From Takakia lepidozioides (taxonomy: Eukaryota > Plantae > Bryophyta), in contig CM060733.1 of assembly GCA_030704615.1 (NCBI GenBank), positions 60,512,001 to 60,576,000 on the forward strand: 64,000 bases of DNA, written 5' to 3'. A program made the translations under genes and the position numbers. Below the pieces are notes generated by a model. It made no database searches. It had not been told where the DNA came from and worked only from the letters and a program-made list of their open reading frames with translations. Position 1 is the first letter of the stretch. Each line of letters begins with the position of its first letter. Positions 51,421-63,458 of the stretch are shown piece after piece.

Positions 51421-52829
51421 CCTATTGTCACGACCACCACGGGACTTTTTGGAGTTTGGCGTTCGCCATTGCCGCTCATTGATCCCGAAGCTGTGGACCT
51501 GACGCTTGCCCGACTGAGGGTGGGGGAAGTCAATGCCAATGTGGATTGGTATAATGAGCTCCATTGCATTGTCACGGACGGCCGGTGGCCTTTTATTCCC
51601 TTTCATTATTCCATGGAATTTATTATGGCAAAAGCGAATGAAGTTCTCGAAAGCGCACATTCTGTTGCCCTGGCAGCCACGAAGGTCCAAAATGCCCCGC
51701 CACTGCTTGTCCAATTAATCCTCATGGATGACCCACGGCCTCAGGAACTCAGACATATGCCCATGACACATCCTACCTTTGGGGTGCGGGGAAAGCACTT
51801 GTTTGGAATTACTGAAGAGTACTTTGATCGCATTGCTAATTCTTTCTTTCACCATTGATGGATGCAGTTCGGCAATTTCTGTTCATACAGTAAATTGGTA
51901 AAGGACCTACAAAGTTTGAGGAAGTATTTGTTTCATTCAGATTCGGATACGGGTAAGAAGAGTGTTGTGGATGAGGCGTTGCAATGGTTTGTTGCGGTAA
52001 TGGAGCGAGCAGTGTTCGACATTGTGTTGAACAGACCGAATGTGTTCAAAGTCCTCTGGTGTGGCTCCCCATTTGAATACCGCATGCCAGCGATTCGCCA
52101 TCTCGATGGAGCATGCTTGGAACGCCAAATCAAAGATATTGGTCTCATTGGCAACCTCCTAGAAGGTAATGTTGACTTCTTCTGGACCGTTGTGAAGTTC
52201 ATGGTATTTTCTTCCACCATGCTGTCAGACTCACTTTGTCCAACTCATCTGTTTCAGGAATGTCCGATTTAGACGAGCACGTGCAATGTGCTTTTGATTC
52301 CCTTGCCAGAGGTGCACGAGATGTTGTACTGGCGTTACGGGGACTCCAACTGTTCAGCAGACAGCTGAAGACGCCATTGCTCAACAGACTGACCCACTGC
52401 AATAAAAAGAGCATGGATAGACTGTCAACATTATCCCAGCCAATGTTCAAGAGAGTGGGCGCACTACAGGTGTAGATGCATATATTGGTACACTTTTCTT
52501 TTCAGATCATTTTTTATCATAAGACAAGCGGTTTCGGCATTGTACTGCCAAAACAGGTTAGTTTGTTAGTTGTCTGGAAATTGTTGGTAAAGCACGTAGG
52601 AAATTAGACGGTGTCTGCGACGACCATGGAGCGAAACTCTGGCGTCAAGATGACCATAGGAAGCTGCATCGACAACAGATTAGGCTGCCAATTCGGTACC
52701 AGAAACGGCGAGTTAATCATGTGCAAACAATACAAGACGACTGTTCCAGTCCCAGATTGCGATCTCTCTTTTCTCCCGCCTTTCAAGTCCAGTAGGAACA
52801 CACGACGAGGAGCTTGGCAATTGGTGGAA

Positions 52830-55545
52830 GCGACATGTATAGCGATGAAATATTGCAACAAAGCAATTGGCCGCATCGGAATGACAGCAGGTCAGGACGA
52901 ATGCCACCAGTTCAATCCATTTGGAGAAATGTTCCACCATCACCAGCACATACTTGTTATGACGAATCGTTAGTGGCAATGGGCCTGCAAAGTCAAGGCT
53001 CCAACGATAGCCCAAACCCATAATGGGTAAAGAATGCAGGGGCGTTGAAAGAAGCCCGTACTCTATCACACACCATGCATCTTGCCACTAATTGCTGCAC
53101 ATCCGTGTGCATGCCCCGCCACCAGTACTGCCCTTGCAGCAAACTATGAGTGCGACGTCGTATCCCAAAATGTCCCAACTCCTCATAGGCATGGCGAACC
53201 AATCGCGCTCGTTGTATTGAATGAGGCACAATCCTCACTCGTCCATCCTCCCATACTCGGAGTAGGTGAGTCCCCTCTCACTTGAATCTCTTGGCTCGTT
53301 GTAGGATCCGATCTCTCTCCTTAGCAGTCACACTAGTTGCTATCTCTCCTATACGAAGGTAGGCCAACACTACTGCATCTTCATGCACATCCTTAACACC
53401 ACCAAGCTCCTCAGTACTGATCACCGGATCGTCATGCACACCATCTACATGACCAATCCTATGGGATGGACCAGCTTGAGCTCACATTACTAGGATGCAC
53501 AAAAAGGCAGATGCATGTCATCCTGGCACCATCTCCTCATCCGTTTCACCATGCCACCGAGCTCTAGAATCATCATGCTCGCTCGTGCATGGATTACGAC
53601 TCAACCCATCTGCATCCCGATTGACTATACCGGCTCGATGTACCACCTGGAAGTCATACTCTTGAAGCATAAGTGCCCACCGTGCAAGCTTCCCTGTAAG
53701 CTTGTCTGATTCCATCAACCACTTCAATGGTTGGTGATCCGTGACAAGGGTGAAGAGGTTGTCATAGAGGTAGCATCTGAAATGTGCCACTGCCCATACC
53801 GCAGCTAGACACTCCCCTTCATATGAGCTATACTTCGCCTCGGCATTATTGTTCGAGCGGCTGGCATATGTCACTATGAACTCTCTTCCCTCATCATCCA
53901 CCTATGTGAGCAATGCTCCAATCCCCAGCATACTCCAATCCGTATGTAGCTAGAAAGGCCGCCTCAGAATAGGTGCAGAAGCCAATCGAGCCTTGAGTTC
54001 CTCAAAAGCTTCCTCCTGCTCCTCCTCCCACTGCCACTCCTTACCCACCTTGGTCAACTTGGTAAGAGCTTTCGCAATGCTGCTAAACCCCTTGACAAAC
54101 CGACGATAATAGTTTGCCAACCCCATGAAAGCATGAACTCTGCTTACATCTATGGGGCGTGGAATGCGTGCAATGGCCTCCATCTTTGTCTGTTGAACAC
54201 CCAATCCTCCAGGGTATATCATGTGGCCCAGATACTCAATCTGGTCGTGGAAGAACTTGCACTTTCCAGGGTGCAGTTTCAATCCATGCGCCCTCAAGCG
54301 CTCAAACACCACCTGAAGGTGTCTCTCATGCTCCTCAACCGTGGCACTAAAAATGATGATGTCATCAATGTAGCACCGGGCGAAGTCTAGCCCTGCAAGA
54401 ATCCTATCCATGACACTCTGAAACTCTGTAGGAGCATTCTTCAACCCAAATGGTAGGAAGCGCCATTGGTACAAACAATCCTTCCCATGCTGGTCAATCC
54501 GTTTTTTGCTTGTCAGTCTCTTTGATTGGCAACTGGTGATAACCCGATCGTAAGTCCAATGTGCTAAACACCTTCGCATGCCCAATGGCATCAAAGATTT
54601 CTTCTGGAGTTGGCATGGCATATCTATCGGACTTAGTCTGACGGTTCACATGACGATAGTCCTCACACATCCTTCTTTCTGTCCAATTGCCACAAATATC
54701 CTTCTTAGCTGACATCACCGTTGCCAAGGCATACTCCCCGCCTGACAACTCCACCAATCCAGCTTCGAACAACTCCATAGTCCGTGACTGGATCAATGAC
54801 CTCTCCATGTCACTATACCTGTAGGGCCTTCGAAAAATTGGCGTGTTACTTGCCAAATCAATACGAATCTCCTAGCCCTTCAAACTCCCCAAATCCTTCA
54901 AACCGAAGGCAAAGCAATTTTTATAAGCCCTTAGAAATCGTCGGATCCTCCGTCTCTCTCCTCCGGTGACTGTAGGTCTGACATTTGGTTCCCACTTGTC
55001 CTCAGTGACTGCAACCTTGGGTACACCAGGCTTGGAGGTAGGAGACGCATCCTTTGATTGATAAATAGCAACCTCTTGTGCCTTGTCCGCCCACCCTGAC
55101 TGTGGCGTAGCCTCCACTTGCTCCGCCATAGCCACCTTGAGAACATCCTCCGCAAAAGAAACATCCTTAACCTCTTCAAGAGCCTTGGCCACCTTGGCCT
55201 CCAACTGATCCTCCGTGTATGGCTCTCCCCACTCCTCGTATTGCTCCTTGAGAGATCCAATGACTCTCTCTTTCCGCATCTCATCCCACATCTGCCATGG
55301 GTGTTTGCACTCCATGATCATGTGCTCGCCCCAACTCACTGCCTCCACCGTCCCGATTGGCAGAGAGGGTACAATATCCAATGGAAGTGCAGAAGTAGCC
55401 ACCAATGCTTGCAATCTCCGTTGCTTAGCCATGCACAAGCCAATGACCCATGTCAAGCAATTGAGATCCATTGCCTGACCCAACACCTGGCGTCGTAATG
55501 CCTCTGATAGAGCTGACATAGCGGTAGTGTCCGTGGCAAACCCCA
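52830..55545 (-). mobile_element. Degenerate Ty3/gypsy pol fragment (RT - RNase H - integrase), no LTRs found
   Basis: FSTLDLRSGYHQL, LPFGLKNAP, CYIDDIIIF, FMGLANYYRRFV, YSSYEGECLAAVWAV, LVTDHQPLKWL, LGHFGI...YWWRGM...CMVC, WSLDFAGPLP; RT-RH-INT order; stops and frameshifts. Confidence 0.93.
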
Positions 55546-55552
55546 TTGCCCG

Positions 55553-55569
55553 CTCTCGCTCTCTCTCTG

Positions 55570-55648
<79 letters not shown>
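55553..55648 (+). repeat. (CT)n microsatellite
   Basis: Long near-perfect CT dinucleotide run. Confidence 0.95.
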
Positions 55649-55652
<4 letters not shown>

Positions 55653-55709
55653 TGCTGTTCACAAAAGTAAACAAACCACAAGGGAGAGAGGGTGTAGAAA
55701 AAGTTAAAA

Positions 55710-56430
55710 GATTGTACTCATAAGACGTTGTTTGCCGTAGCCTTGTGGCCATTGACCCCGCGCCCAGTTTGAGCGGAAACAAAAGGGACAGAACCTGCCT
55801 CTATCAAGGGCTGACATTGGTAATAAGACTTACCTTCATATATAGAATTAATCTGGGTTTTCCAGATATCCTCTAGAAATCCCTTCACACAAGCATCAAA
55901 CTGTTGTGTGTGATTTGCCCAATAACTAGGCCTCAGAAGGGCCTGGGCTTTTGGCTCAGCCTTGAGACTTTCAAAGTTGGTAAACAGAGGTACAGACACA
56001 ATTCCCTTGATAGATTTGAAGAGAGCGTCTCTTTGGTGAGAGAACCCCGGACATTGTATCAGAAAATGTGTACTGTCTTCAGATTGCCCACACAACGACC
56101 AACTGCACTCTCCCTTTCCTCTTTGCTTTTGTTTGCTGTTCAAAGGTAGGCTTCCTGCCCTGAGTTTAAATTTCAGTCTAGTGCCGAGAGTGGGTAGACC
56201 CTTGAGGTCATCCAAGATGTCCTCCCCCATGTCACTGATTGGAAACAAGTTCAGGGAAGTTTTTTGCCTAACTTCATTTTCATCAGACAATCTCATGGCA
56301 ACAGACATGGCTTTGGACACTACAGCCTCTAAGTCAGATTTATCAACCCATATTGCAAATCCGTACTCCAAGGCAGGTCTAATAATGCGACAAAGCATGG
56401 TTTTCTTAACCTCAGAGTTGACCCCTCTGC
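55710..56430 (-). mobile_element. 5'-truncated, internally deleted LINE family A copy with 14-bp TSD
   Basis: Same C-terminal ORF as the other copies; agaaaaagttaaaa at 55696-55709 and 56431-56444. Confidence 0.92.
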
Positions 56431-58868
56431 AGAAAAAGTTAAAAAGAGAGAGGGAAGATATACATGTCATGTCAGGACATGGACAAGACCACTAAGGTCA
56501 TTGTCATTGAAAGACAATGCAGCCCTTTACAGGGCACCATCTAACAACCCCTTTTTTTTAACCATCTCATTTGAATACCTCGTTACATTTCAGGGTATCT
56601 GAAAAAATAGGGTGGGAGGGCGGGATTCCTGGTCATTCATATCATGAAAGCACCATGGGTTGACATCAAACATTCATCACCATACTTGTAGATTGTAATC
56701 TCATTTCAAAAACCCAGATTGCAGGTCTGGAGATAAATCTCCAGAGCCAAGCATATAGTACTTAAAATTGAAATTGAAACATTAAGACATACATGTCTTA
56801 AGCATATTCCAGCCAACCCATACTGGTACATCTGGATCTGGTATTTCTATTGCAGGCCAGCGGAGATGCAAAGCAAGCACAATATAGGGAGTATATTAAG
56901 AGACCATATAGAGCTTACCAATTTTTTGTCCCAAGAGATCACTTGGGGTACTTTAGAAAACAGTTTGTAGTCTAAAAAGAGCCCAACAATGTGATGCTTG
57001 GTAGTCTATAAATAACCACAATGTATGTTTTACCATACATAAGACACAAGCAAGATTCATAAAATAAAAATAGGGCCGAGTCTTTTTAAGCAGATACAAG
57101 TCTGGAGTGGTATTCCAGGGTCTTAAGAACAGCTCTGCCAGGGTAGAAAGGTAATTCAAAAACCATGTTTGTAGTCCATCATATGAGATCAAAGTGAAAT
57201 GAAGGTCTTGCAGAATGTGTGTTGTCTAGTAAGGCACAACAGTCCGTCTTAATAACCAGCCAAGAGGTTTCATTGTAGAGCCGAATTTCAGTGCAGCCAA
57301 GGTACCGACTGCTACATTATACCCATGAAAAAAACAGTAGATAAATTGGTAGATTTGTATTCCATGAGTTCTCATGTCTGCCCTACCTCTTGCCATGTAG
57401 ATATGGTTGCAAGAAACCACAAACAAGGTAAGGAGCAGAAGTAGATCCTCATTGGAGCCAAGTTGAAGCAGGTCTGCATCCGTATGCTGGCAATTTTGAA
57501 GCAGCAGGCAACAGCAGCACCCACATTTGCAAGAATAGGAACTGCAAGCTTGAAGAAATCAAGACAAGTGAAGACCCTCACCTGTGCCCGTCCCAAAAAC
57601 CACCACATAAAGATGTGTGTTAGTGAGGATGCATCAGGTGAGTGGCAGGTCTTCATAGTTGTTATCCATGTCAGTGTTGAATTCTAAAGCATGTACATAT
57701 CACAATTCAAGCAAGGGTAAACTCAAAAAATCTTGAGTGTTTGTGGTATGCCCTGCGCCATGGCGTCCAACAGATCGTTTCCAACAGAACGCAATCAAAG
57801 TAGAAGTGTTCACAGATAGAGAATAGCTCATACAAAAACAGAGCCGCATGTAATCTATAGATAAATAGGGATAGAGTACTTCCCAACGAGGAGTAAAAGC
57901 GCCGCTGCAAATTAAAAAGAACCATGAGGGTCTGAGCAAAGCGATCATCGCTTTGTCGCCTGCCAGAGAGGAATCTGCCTAACCGCCAATGCGCATCCCA
58001 AGAGCCAGCCATCACGAGTACCATGTAGCAGCAGGGGAGATTTACACGGCGCATCATCAAGGATCCCTGAAGCACGAGTTCTGTGCTGTGAAATGTGTCG
58101 GCCCGCTTAAGGCACAGCTCCTCGATTTCTCATCCAGGGTGGACAAAAAGTCGCATTTTAGCACGAGATGCACTTTGTCAATGGATGACATCCAATAAAA
58201 AGGTATCTTTTAGGGTTAGGGTATAGGCTCAAGTTTAATAACTGCCATCATTTATAATAAATGATGGTAAAATTACTATCTCTTGGATTAAAATAGGTCA
58301 CCATTATTCATGTAGTTCATCCAATTTAGATGAAAGAAACAAATGGTAAACCAAGCTTTATGTACATTAAGTTTCATCATCCTACAATAATATCAGCCAA
58401 ATTTGGATGGAAAAAAGATTGGGATGAAAAACCAAATAACACTACAACAGATGAGCGTTTTTATGACTTCATATATGACTATTTTTTCAGTCTTATATGC
58501 GTTCATGACTACATCACTCTGTAGTGAAAAAAACCCTGTCATAACGACTAGTCTTTAGGACTGCGTTTTGCAAGTCATATCCGTGACTGCTTGCGTGGCA
58601 CCTGGAGTCCTGCTGCAGAAAGGGTTGCAGTCACAACTATATGACTAATATATGACTACATTGTCTGTTGAGCGCTGCCTACATAGAGAGGCGGGACACG
58701 TGCGCCACTGCGCAAGCGACACGTCATGCATTCGTCAGGGGATCATATGACTATATGTCTGCAAAGTGATGCCTGACTACATGTCTGCACAGTGATGCCT
58801 ACATGGAGAGACGCTAGCGGGACACGTGTGCTATGGCAGATTTCACACGTGGTGACTACATGACTCGC

Positions 58869-59951
58869 TCATATGACTACAGGGATGTCTACATGGAGAG
58901 TTGGGTGAATCTGGTTGCACTTTCCATGGCTCTGGAAAAATCCCACTGAAGGGAGGATTGTTTGCCGCCTTTCTTGGTATGTCGTCAACAAGAACATGTC
59001 ATCATAAGTCCATTCTGGCCAGTCTGCCCACACTCTAGACAAGTTCTTGAAATATAATGGCTTTGAATCAGACCCCTTACGGCATGGGAGGACTGGATCC
59101 TCGTCACAGTGAAGGGCATCCCACTGGAAAACCAGCTTAGTGTGGGCTGCAAAAATATAGTCCACCATTGGGAAGAAGTTGCGAGCTTGGCAACAAGACC
59201 ACACCGCCACCTCAAAGTGTTCAAAACACTTTTGCAAAAAGTCATAACAGCGTGGTCTCAAAACTACCATCTTCTTGCCACACATCTTCCCCACAAAACC
59301 TTTGGGAAGGGATGCAGGCCCATTAGCAGAATGAAAAGATTCACATAACAGACCATTTAAGTCCAGAATTAGTAAATGCTTCCTCGTTGGTCCAGGAAGT
59401 AAACTGTCATTTGGCTTCAACATGTGAACAGGAGAAATTAAAGCAACCTGCTTGTTTGTTTTGTCCCCGTCTGCATCTTCCTCCCCATTTAAACTCCCAC
59501 ATACCTGCATACCAGAATCCGGTGTGCCCGGTGGCTCTGTCACCATTGCCCCCTGGACTGCTACTGCCTTTGTACGTGGCAAGGGCTGAATTTCCACGTG
59601 TATCTCACAGCTGGCCTTCCCTGTATCCTGCTGCTGCTCGGTCAAATTCAAAAGATCATCAATGACAGGAAGACATAAGGGCTTAGAGTGAGGACCAGTT
59701 ACCGTCTGAAATTGGGATTCCAAACATTTTGATACTATCACAGCAGACGCATCCATCGTAGATGTCACTGGTCCTGCGCCTGGTAGATTAATCCCCAATC
59801 TGGTCACAATGGCTTTCTGGTACTCAATCATACTCTGCATCTGTAATTTTAATTCTGCCATGTCACGTCCTTGTGATTCCACCAGTTTGTCCAAGCCATC
59901 CATCCTGCCAACTACTGTAGAATATGCAAGACTTCCCTCCTTCCAATCCAT
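58869..59951 (-). CDS. FCP1/NIF-like HAD-fold domain protein inside the CACTA element (C-terminus probably frameshifted)
   Basis: RKHLLILDLNGLLC, LRPRCYDFLQKCFEHFEVAVWSC, LVFQWD..HC, KPLYFKNLSRVW; N-terminal predicted coiled coil. Confidence 0.7.
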   Translation of the reverse strand: MDWKEGSLAYSTVVGRMDGLDKLVESQGRDMAELKLQMQSMIEYQKAIVTRLGINLPGAGPVTSTMDASAVIVSKCLESQFQTVTGPHSKPLCLPVIDDLLNLTEQQQDTGKASCEIHVEIQPLPRTKAVAVQGAMVTEPPGTPDSGMQVCGSLNGEEDADGDKTNKQVALISPVHMLKPNDSLLPGPTRKHLLILDLNGLLCESFHSANGPASLPKGFVGKMCGKKMVVLRPRCYDFLQKCFEHFEVAVWSCCQARNFFPMVDYIFAAHTKLVFQWDALHCDEDPVLPCRKGSDSKPLYFKNLSRVWADWPEWTYDDMFLLTTYQERRQTILPSVGFFQSHGKCNQIHPTLHVDIPVVI

Positions 59952-60159
59952 GAAAACTTGCCCATGTATGAATCAAACAAAAAAAACCTAGCATGAACAA
60001 CCATTGGAAAGAAAACCCAGGCCAAAAGCCTTGAAAAAAACCCTAGCAACCTATGATGCAGCAACCACTCTAGCAAATGTGGAAAACACACTTACCCGCC
60101 TGTCACCCATGCCACAAGTCAGTAAGCAATGTGAGGGTTGACTATATACACATAGCAAT

Positions 60160-61140
60160 TCAATGAGGAACAAAATACAGAGTCGTGATGATGCCACTTA
60201 CCAAGCGTGCTTCCACCATTGCCTTCCCACCATGGCCAATCTTGGTAGGATTCTGAATTGCACCATTTGCCTTCTTCATGTTGCCCGACACTTTGTGGAA
60301 CACCTCTGTCTGCCAGTAACTTACAAGCTTGTTCCATACCTCGGGGTTTCCCCTTACCACCCAACCACGCAGTGTGTGCTTCATAACGCTGGCTCTTCAT
60401 TATTCTACCAATTGTTTGTTTTAGGTGGAAGTCTTTTAACTTGTGTGGCGTATATGAAAATAGCTTAGCCAGGTGATCTCTGATTTCGTATACAACTTCA
60501 TCAGGTTGGTTGTTGATGGCAAGGGAACAATCTAGCTTGCGATAAGCCTGTCCTTTAAGAACAGCGTGCCATACATTCCGGGTCTGACCATACGGGGCTC
60601 CTTTGAGGTTCGTCAAAATCACCGTGGGAGGAAGACCTGCAGCTATTCTCTCTTCCTTCACCTTGGCAGCTTCAGTTTTGGCTGAGCTATTAGCCCTCCT
60701 TAAAGCATTGGTTCTATCATTCTTTGAAACGGCACCCTCCCCTCCTTCAGAGACCTCCGTGCGCACAGGAGAATTCAAAGCAGGATCCTGCCAAGTAAGG
60801 ACTGGTGGCCATGGCTATTGGCCAGAAGGCCGAGGACCATACTGGCCATACTGTCCATAAGCAGGAGGATATTCCGGTGGCCTGCCACCCCCATAGCTAT
60901 TAGGGGGTGGCAAATATGGTGGAGGAGGATACTGGCCATACCGCCCATATGGAGGAGCACCATATTGACCCTGACCATACTGAGTGCCAGACTGTGGGTA
61001 CTGAGGCATACCATAATAAGGTGGGGGTACTGGTGGCACAGAACCCACAACGATGGGAGAGTTAGGGCCACCTCCTGCGTTCTTGTGGGCGCCATCTCCA
61101 TTGCTAGCAGCAGGGATCGTGGATCCAGTGCGCTTGTGCT
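60160..61140 (-). pseudogene. TnpA-like accessory ORF of the CACTA element with Pro/Gly/Tyr/Gln-rich N-terminus, frameshifted
   Basis: PYGQYGQY low-complexity segment then KPxGxxPEVWNKLVSYW..EVFHKVSGNMKKA; position inside the element; family assignment is inference. Confidence 0.5.
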
Positions 61141-61586
61141 TGCCCTGAAAAGAAATTCCCCTAGTACAATGTGGGTGATTACACATACATATAGGCAGCA
61201 AGCAGCAAATCCTTGAATTCAATATAACAAATTGGAAGCACATATCATTTGTAAAGACAAGATTACCCAAAACTCAGTATGATCTTGGGCAGTAAATCTC
61301 CCAAATTTGATTGGCCCCAATGATGTCCTCCCAGTACATTTTTGAACCCTCTTAGGTATGGGGTGTTCATGAAATCCATAGCAAGAATTCAAATGGACAA
61401 ACCTGATGGGTCCATGAGAAGTATCCCTCCAAGTTTTACTGATATTCTGGGTGCATAAGTAACCCAAGTATCTCTATAAGTAGCCATTGTAGCTTAGTAC
61501 CAGGACGTTGGTTTCATGGGGCAAAGAATTTGAACACACCTGAAGTCTACATTGGCATGACATCATGCCTTTGGCACTTCAACTTG

Positions 61587-62955
61587 TCTAGCGGGCAATG
61601 AAAGATATGAAGGGCTACGTAAGAAACATGGCAAGGCCCAAGGGGAGCATGGCAGAAGGATACCAATTTGAAGAAGCATTGGGTTTTTGCACAGAGTATA
61701 TGGCAGGATTTGATGGAAGTGTACGAAGGGTGTGGGATGCAGATGAGGCAGAATCTGTGGAACGTGAAGTTGTGGAAGGAAGTTCTAAAGCCCGAAAATT
61801 GAATGACCTGTGTGATATTGTACATGAGTACATCATTCGGAACCATCCTCGTCTGTCAGTCATGTTGGGGTAAGAAATCTACTTCATTGACATTCAGATT
61901 TCCAAGTTTTAGTCATTTATCATTAGTTGGCATATGACGTCTTTTCAAATCTCCCACGCCACCTCTGTCAATCTCCTGGCTGACCCTCGGATTGTGACAG
62001 GATATATGAAGCAAAGTCCACACGGATAGAAGCCAGACGACGCTTGTTTCGTGAGGAGCAAGGGCTGGAAGGCATGAGCTATCCCACGGCAATTCAGTAC
62101 CCTCCTGATTTGCATCTTTGTCCTCCATTTGCTATTTGGCTCCCTCAAGGTGTACGGGATCATCTCTCAATTCAATCAGATGGGCTTGATCCTACAACAC
62201 GTGAGGAATTACTGGATCTTTCAAGGCCTCCATCATTTATTGCCCTGTCATTCAAGAGTATGACAGCGTATGGTAACCATTACAGGGTTACATCCCCCGG
62301 CATGAACAAAACAAGTATGGTGTCTTTTGATTGTGGAGTCTCATCTGTTTTCCAGCACCAGCCCATTACCGACAATTCAGGCAATGACATGGAGGAACCT
62401 ACAAGATATGTGGGTCTTATAAGGGAGATTTTGCAAATTGACTATGGCCAAACACGGCCTATAGTGTTTTTGTGTTTGTGGGTACGGGCGAGTCGCGTGG
62501 GTCGTCAACCTATGTCAATGAAGCAGGATGATGCTGGCTTCACACTTGTCAATTTTAACCGTATGCTTCCACCTTCTGAGCAACCTTTTGTGTTTCCTGG
62601 CCAGGTTGATCAAGTGTTTTTTCCTGATTGTGTGAAGGAGCCGGGGTGGAAAGTCGTCCTGGAGAAGAGCCCCCAAGCACGTAGAGTGGTCTGCGACATA
62701 TCAATTGATAATGATGATGTGGCGGAAGTAGAAGGATTGTTAGCCCCACAAAGACTAGAGGAGACTCTGGTTACTGATGGCCCAACATGCAGCCGAGCGG
62801 TACCGGTTACTCCAGAGCAGGTGGCCTCCTTGTACCTCCAAGCACCCCGTATACGTGGTGATGATGTTCAGCTAACCCTTGGACAAGATCAAGTCTGTGA
62901 TGAAGACAGTGATACATGTAGTGACCCAGACATAGATGAGGATGATGAAGATTAG
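61587..62955 (+). pseudogene. C-terminal part of CACTA Tnp2/TnpD transposase (DUF4218 and DUF4216 regions), 5'-truncated
   Basis: MKGYVRNMARPKGSMAEGY..EEALGFCTEY; YVGLIREILQIDY, FLCLWV, DDAGFTLVNF, EQPFVFPGQVDQVFF...PGWKVVL; probable intron from ~61870. Confidence 0.88.
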
Positions 62956-63324
62956 ATATGCTAGATTTGTGCACTCCAGTTATAGACCATGCATGATAGT
63001 TTAAGGTGGTAACACTCCCTTCGCATTCCCATTAAGATATCATGCTTGGACACTGGATTTTATGATCAATTATGGAGTGCTTTCCTTTCAGTACCCTTTA
63101 TTCATTTGTTGTTGCAATTGGCTTTGGACCAACCCGTGCTGGTACCATTGCCATGGGTTCTGCCTGCAATGTTTTCTTGCCATGGATTTGGCACACGCCA
63201 CGAAAGGCCATCCAGACCATCCTCTGGAAATGCTCCAATGTTGTTTCAAACATCTCCACATTGCAATGGATACAACACTGACATTAGATGAGTGAAAGTG
63301 AGACTAGACCTCCAGCCAGCCGGC

Positions 63325-63458
63325 TTTCCCACATCAAATTGAAGGGGATCTGTAGATTATAGATAACGGCTGTTGCCTTCTCAATGTCTTTTCCAATCAC
63401 CTCTGCAATGAACTGGGGTATAAGATCCTTCAAATCACAAGTTTGAGCATCACGCACA
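63325..63458 (-). pseudogene. RPS3A: Fragment of a 40S ribosomal protein S3a (eS1) gene
   Basis: Minus strand reads RDAQTCDLKDLIPQFIAEVIGKDIEKATAVIY then P.QFDVGK, resembling the eS1 C-terminal region (CDLKELV.KFIPE.IGKDIEKA..IYPL...PKFD.GKL). Confidence 0.7.

Larger units (their letters stand above)
49499..52475 (+). pseudogene. Fragmented coding-like region of unknown identity, probably transposon-derived
   Basis: Consecutive plus-strand ORF pieces (49478-50005, 50343-50591, 50938-51858, 51862-52475) separated by frameshifts and stops; no family recognised. Confidence 0.35.

Noticed and set aside
50929-51714. 261-aa minus-strand ORF
   Set aside because: Open frame is explained by the stop-poor minisatellite and GC-rich sequence; no recognisable domain.
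52528-52556. Small hairpin gtttcggca-ttgtac-tgccaaaac as a Helitron 3' end
   Set aside because: No CTRR terminus at the expected distance and no Rep/helicase sequence seen.
54872-55782. ORFs with long ERERER runs
   Set aside because: Translation of the (CT)n microsatellite, not a real protein feature.
58208-58227. ttttagggttagggtatagg as an interstitial telomere
   Set aside because: Only two to three degenerate units; too short to distinguish from a telo-box or chance.
58440-58526. CACTAC…GTAGTG could be an 87-bp mini-CACTA element
   Set aside because: Flanks differ (TAA versus AAA) and the subterminal repeats continue for ~350 bp beyond 58526, so the inner gtagtg is probably not a terminus.
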